Source of the DNA: a bacterium | Lineage (GTDB): Bacteria; Sysuimicrobiota; Sysuimicrobiia; Sysuimicrobiales; Humicultoraceae | Direction: 5' to 3' | DNA length: 21,201 bases | Assembly: GCA_041497675.1 (NCBI GenBank) | Contig: JBGQGY010000061.1 | Location: forward strand, 1-21,201 | Shown here: positions 17,833 through 21,201 of the stretch, piece after piece | How the letters are laid out: each line of letters starts with the position of its first letter | Numbering within the stretch: the stretch's first letter is position 1 | Made by a program: the position numbers and the translations under genes | The notes under the pieces: model-generated | Seen by the model: the letters and a program-made list of their open reading frames with translations, nothing else | Told to the model about the DNA's origin: nothing | The model's database searches: none

Positions 17833-18741
17833 TCAGCTCGCCACCTCGGTCATCAGGTTTCGTGCACCTCGTTCGATCAGCTGCCGGCCGAGCTGCTCGC
17901 CGACCCGCCCGGCATCGCGGACCGCGCCGGTGATGCGGTCACGTATGATGCGCGAGCCGTCGGGATCGAGCACCGCCCCATCGAGCAGGAGCGTCTCGCC
18001 GTCACAGACGGCGTGCGCGGCGATCGGGGTGTCGCAGGTGCCTCCCAGCGCGGCCACCATTGCTCGCTCCGCCTCCACGGCGGCGCGCGTCGGAGGGTCA
18101 TCGAGACCCTTGAGGGCGCGGAGAAGATCACCGGCGTCGGCTCGCGCCTGCAGGGCCATCGCGCCCTGCCCGGCTTCGGGCAACATCACCCGGGGATCGA
18201 ATCGCTCGGTGACGCGGTCGGTCAGTCCCAGCCGCGCCAGACCCGCGGCAGCCAGCACGATGGCATCGACCCCACCGGCTTCGAGTTTGCGCAGGCGTGT
18301 GTCGACGTTGCCGCGCATGCCCTGAATCGACAGATCGGGCCGCGCGGCGAGGAGGAAGGCGCGGCGCCTCGGGCTCTCGGTCCCCACGGCGGCTCCGACC
18401 GAGAGCGACCGCAGACCGCGCCCGTCGCGGGAGACCAGCACATCCAAGGGGTCGGCGCGAGGCGGAAACGCCGCGAACACCAGCCCGGCCGTGGGCTCGC
18501 CGTGCAGGTCCTTGGCGCTGTGCACAGCCAGGTCCACGCGCCCCTCGGCAAGCGAGACCTCGAGGTCCTTGACGAACACCCCCGACCCGAGCGTGCGGGT
18601 CGGCGCGTCGGGATGTCGATCGCCCTGCGTCCGGATCGTCACGATCTCGCAGCGGATGCCGCGTTGCGCGAGCGCGTCGGCCACCGATCCCGTCATGGCG
18701 AGCGCGAGCCGGCTCCCGCGCGTCCCGATCCTGATGATCAC
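17833..18741 (-). CDS. hemC: Hydroxymethylbilane synthase (porphobilinogen deaminase)
   Basis: IRIGTRGSRLA, T.GD, DLAVHSAKD, RGNVDTRLRKL, AGQG, cofactor Cys in GGTCDTPI. Confidence 0.96.
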   Translation of the reverse strand: MIIRIGTRGSRLALAMTGSVADALAQRGIRCEIVTIRTQGDRHPDAPTRTLGSGVFVKDLEVSLAEGRVDLAVHSAKDLHGEPTAGLVFAAFPPRADPLDVLVSRDGRGLRSLSVGAAVGTESPRRRAFLLAARPDLSIQGMRGNVDTRLRKLEAGGVDAIVLAAAGLARLGLTDRVTERFDPRVMLPEAGQGAMALQARADAGDLLRALKGLDDPPTRAAVEAERAMVAALGGTCDTPIAAHAVCDGETLLLDGAVLDPDGSRIIRDRITGAVRDAGRVGEQLGRQLIERGARNLMTEVAS

Positions 18742-19391
18742 TGCAGCGCCGCCCGCCGGGCGCCCTCGGGCACAGACCGGTCCCAGGCGCGCAACATCGT
18801 GAGGAAGATCTCGTCCATCACGTCGCTCGTCTCGATCAACGTCTTGACCTGCGCTTCGTCGAGCAGACCGCCCCGACCGCGCGGGTCGGTCACCATCTTC
18901 AACACGAGGTGGCGGAAGAAACCGAATGCCTCGGCGGCCTCCGCGGGGCTGACGTGCGCCTGGTGGAGTTCTTCACCGTACGCTTTGGCCCGGCCAAGCA
19001 GCTCGGTGCGGACAGTTCGCCGCGACGAGGGGTCGGTGACGTAGCGCACGACGGCCTCGAACAACGGCCGTCCATGATCGCGCGCCTTGGTGCGCACATC
19101 CTCATCGAGTGTCGAGAACCAGGCCCGTTTCCGCAGGGGTTTGGCGGGGGCTCCGGCCAGGAGTTTGGCGCTTCGGCGCGCGACGAGCTGACCGAGGTCT
19201 TCCACGCGGGGGACGTCGCGCTGGATCAAGGCCTCAAGATCGTCGCCCAGGAATCGCCGGTGCCCACCGGGTGTCCTAAATGTTCGCACGCGGCCCGTGT
19301 CGGCCCAATGCCGCAGCGTCGCTTCGTCGACGCCCAACAGCGACGCAGCTTCACCCAGCGGCAGCCATCGTCCAGAACGCGTTTTCGTCAT
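18738..19391 (-). CDS. BldC/excisionase-like (MerR-type winged HTH) DNA-binding protein with an uncharacterised helical C-terminal domain
   Basis: WLPLGEAASLLGVDEATLRHWADTGRVRTFRTPGGHRRF at the N-terminus; stop overlaps the hemC start (GTGA); ATG 19391 preferred because TTG 19418 lies within the predicted promoter. Confidence 0.85.
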   Translation of the reverse strand: MTKTRSGRWLPLGEAASLLGVDEATLRHWADTGRVRTFRTPGGHRRFLGDDLEALIQRDVPRVEDLGQLVARRSAKLLAGAPAKPLRKRAWFSTLDEDVRTKARDHGRPLFEAVVRYVTDPSSRRTVRTELLGRAKAYGEELHQAHVSPAEAAEAFGFFRHLVLKMVTDPRGRGGLLDEAQVKTLIETSDVMDEIFLTMLRAWDRSVPEGARRAALQ

Positions 19392-19408
19392 AAACGGATG
19401 TAGCCCAT

Positions 19409-19437
19409 ATTCTATCAAAATCTACGCAATCCTCCAA
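19409..19437 (-). promoter_or_regulatory. Putative sigma70 promoter of the HTH-hem operon
   Basis: On the - strand: TTGGAG (19437-19432), 17 nt spacer, extended TG-a-TAGAAT (19417-19409), in an AT-rich island. Confidence 0.7.
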
Positions 19438-19513
19438 TAACTCCCCAATTCAACATTAGCCCCGTAACCCCCGACCGAGGCGCCGATGAAACGGGTGGGA
19501 GAGGTCCCTCGAG

Positions 19514-21040
19514 ATGCTGGCCACGGTACCAAGCGCGACGATCGTCGGCCTTGACGCGATGCCCGTTTCAGTCGAGGCGGACGTCGGATCCGGGTTGCCT
19601 TCCTTCTCTATTGTCGGCCTGCCGGATGCGGCGGTCCAGGAGGCGAGGGAGCGCGTCCGTGCCGCTATCCGGAACTCCGGATACGACCTTCCCCCGCGAC
19701 GGATCGTCGTCAACCTGGCACCTGGGGATCGGCGCAAGGAAGGGCCGGCGTTTGATCTCCCCATTGCGTTAGCCATCCTGATCGCCACCGGACAGTTGCG
19801 GCAGGAACCCGCGCGGCACTATCTCGCGGTAGGCGAACTTGCGCTCGATGGTTCGCTCCGGCCCGTACCGGGAGTCTTGGCCATCGCGGAAGTGGCGAAG
19901 GCCGGAGATGCGCGGTGCCTGTTCGTGCCCGAAGCCAACGCCGCCGAAGCGGCGGTGATCGACGAGGTGACCGTGTATGCGCTCCCAGCCCTGCGCGCGG
20001 CCGTCGAGCATCTTGAAGGGCGGCGACCGCTCACTCGTGCGACCCGCTCGATGCCCGAGGGAGCCCTCGAGGCATCGTCATCGGTCGACCTGGCCGACGT
20101 CCGGGGTCAGGCAGTCGCGCGCCGAGCCCTGGAGATCTCGGCCGCCGGCGACCTCAACCTCCTCCTCATCGGTCCGCCCGGCGTGGGTAAGACGATGCTG
20201 GCGCACCGGCTGCGGACGGTGTTGCCGCCGCTGTCCCGACAAGAGGCGATCGAGGTGACAAAGATCCACAGCGTCGCGGGCCTGTTGCCGCCCCGCTCCG
20301 GGCTGATGTGGTCGCGCCCCTTTCGGGCGCCCCACCACACGGCCAGCGCGTCCTCGATCATTGGCGGCGGATCGCACCCGCGACCGGGCGAAGTGACGCT
20401 CGCGCACCACGGCGTGCTCTTCCTCGACGAACTGACGCTGTTTCATCTCGACGTGCTCCAGGTGCTGCGCCAGCCTCTTGAAGATGGCTGTGCGGTCGTC
20501 GCGCGCGCCGGCGGCGTCGTGCGTCTCCCCTCGCGGTTCGCACTGGTGGGCGCCATGAACCCCTGTCCGTGCGGATATCGCGGCGATCCGGGGAGGGAGT
20601 GCACCTGCACGCCCGGACAGATCCAACGATACTTGGCGCGTGTCTCAGGGCCGCTGCTCGACCGCATCGATCTCCATGTTGAGGTCCCACGGCCTCCAAC
20701 CGCCGAGGTCCTTGATGGTCACGGGGCTGAGTCATCGCGCATCGTTCGCGAACGGGTCACAGCCGCCCGCGAACGGGCGGCGCGTCGGGCAACCGTGACG
20801 GCGCAGGTCGGCGGTCCACCCCGGGGCATCCTGCGGTGGGGGCCGGTCGAAGGCGCCGCGCTGGCGCTGCTCCGCACTGCAGCGGAGCGGCTGCTGCTTG
20901 GCGCCCGCGCAACGCACCGCGTGGTGCGCGTCGCGCGGGCGATCGCCGACCTCGACGGGTCTGACCTGGTCATGACGTCGCACGTCGCGGAAGCCCTCCA
21001 ATATCGGGTCCTTGACCGCCACGCGCCCCTGCCGCCTTGA
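19514..21040 (+). CDS. comM: YifB/ComM family Mg-chelatase-like AAA+ ATPase (competence helicase ComM)
   Basis: GLPDAAVQEARERV, VNLAP.D..K.G..FDLPIA, Walker A GPPGVGKT, PFRAPHH, LFLDE, NPCPCG..C.C, SGPLLDRID, EALQYR. Confidence 0.93.
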   Translation: MLATVPSATIVGLDAMPVSVEADVGSGLPSFSIVGLPDAAVQEARERVRAAIRNSGYDLPPRRIVVNLAPGDRRKEGPAFDLPIALAILIATGQLRQEPARHYLAVGELALDGSLRPVPGVLAIAEVAKAGDARCLFVPEANAAEAAVIDEVTVYALPALRAAVEHLEGRRPLTRATRSMPEGALEASSSVDLADVRGQAVARRALEISAAGDLNLLLIGPPGVGKTMLAHRLRTVLPPLSRQEAIEVTKIHSVAGLLPPRSGLMWSRPFRAPHHTASASSIIGGGSHPRPGEVTLAHHGVLFLDELTLFHLDVLQVLRQPLEDGCAVVARAGGVVRLPSRFALVGAMNPCPCGYRGDPGRECTCTPGQIQRYLARVSGPLLDRIDLHVEVPRPPTAEVLDGHGAESSRIVRERVTAARERAARRATVTAQVGGPPRGILRWGPVEGAALALLRTAAERLLLGARATHRVVRVARAIADLDGSDLVMTSHVAEALQYRVLDRHAPLPP

Positions 21041-21061
21041 CACGTCGTGCTACCTTATAGG

Positions 21062-21201
21062 TTGAACTTCGGGACCTCCCCGCCGGGGTCCGCCGGGCCG
21101 CCTGGGGACGAGGAAGTGGCGGCCTGGATGGGGTTGACTATGCTGCCCGGCATTGGTCCCCGGACGATTGCGCGCTGGGTCGATCGAACCGGCTCGGCTA
21201 C
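21062..21201 (+). CDS. dprA: Probable DNA-processing protein DprA, 5' end (truncated by window; start may be GTG 21047)
   Basis: Own translation: LNFGTSPPGSAGPPGDEEVAAWMGLTMLPGIGPRTIARWVDRTGSA, resembling the W..L....GIG.....GS N-terminus of DprA; comM-dprA synteny. Confidence 0.65.
   Translation, partial: MNFGTSPPGSAGPPGDEEVAAWMGLTMLPGIGPRTIARWVDRTGSA

Noticed and set aside
18738..19391. HTH gene as a prophage/ICE excisionase or as a CarH/LitR B12 photoreceptor
   Set aside because: No integrase or phage genes nearby and it is coupled to hemC; no Rossmann B12-binding motif is visible in the C-terminal domain
12867..19487. 8-bp direct repeat GCGCCGAT at 12867-12874 and 19480-19487 as a target-site duplication flanking the heme block
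   Set aside because: A short GC-rich word that can recur by chance; no inverted repeats or mobility gene support it
19514..21040. YifB/ComM 'Mg chelatase' as the missing porphyrin chelatase
   Set aside because: The name reflects AAA+ fold similarity only; ComM is a DNA recombination helicase and fits the yraN/dprA context
21037..21061. Perfect TTGACA at 21037-21042 as a dprA promoter
   Set aside because: No -10 hexamer at 16-18 nt spacing; the nearby TGcTACCTT is too close to pair with it

Overview
GC-rich (roughly 65-70% by eye) bacterial chromosomal region with a Firmicute-like housekeeping gene order. The + strand carries a GT4 glycosyltransferase, smc, ftsY, a ylxM::methyltransferase fusion, ffh, rpsP, khpA, ylqD, rimM, trmD, rplS, lepB, rnhB and yraN, then comM/yifB and the 5' end of a probable dprA. 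Between yraN and comM, on the - strand, lies a tightly coupled coproporphyrin-dependent heme operon (HTH regulator-hemC-hemD-hemB-chdC/hemQ-hemE-hemY) with no ferrochelatase, hemA or hemL. Two candidates for undescribed biology stand out. (1) A BldC/excisionase-type HTH protein with an extra helical, His-containing domain heads the heme operon, and its promoter is covered by AT-rich tetramers phased at ~10 bp, suggesting an autoregulated, possibly heme-sensing repressor. (2) The SRP accessory protein YlxM is fused in frame to an RsmC/YbxB-type methyltransferase, coupled to ffh and preceded by a palindrome over its ribosome-binding site. No rRNA, tRNA, CRISPR array or transposase was seen. All family calls come from motif recognition, not database searches.
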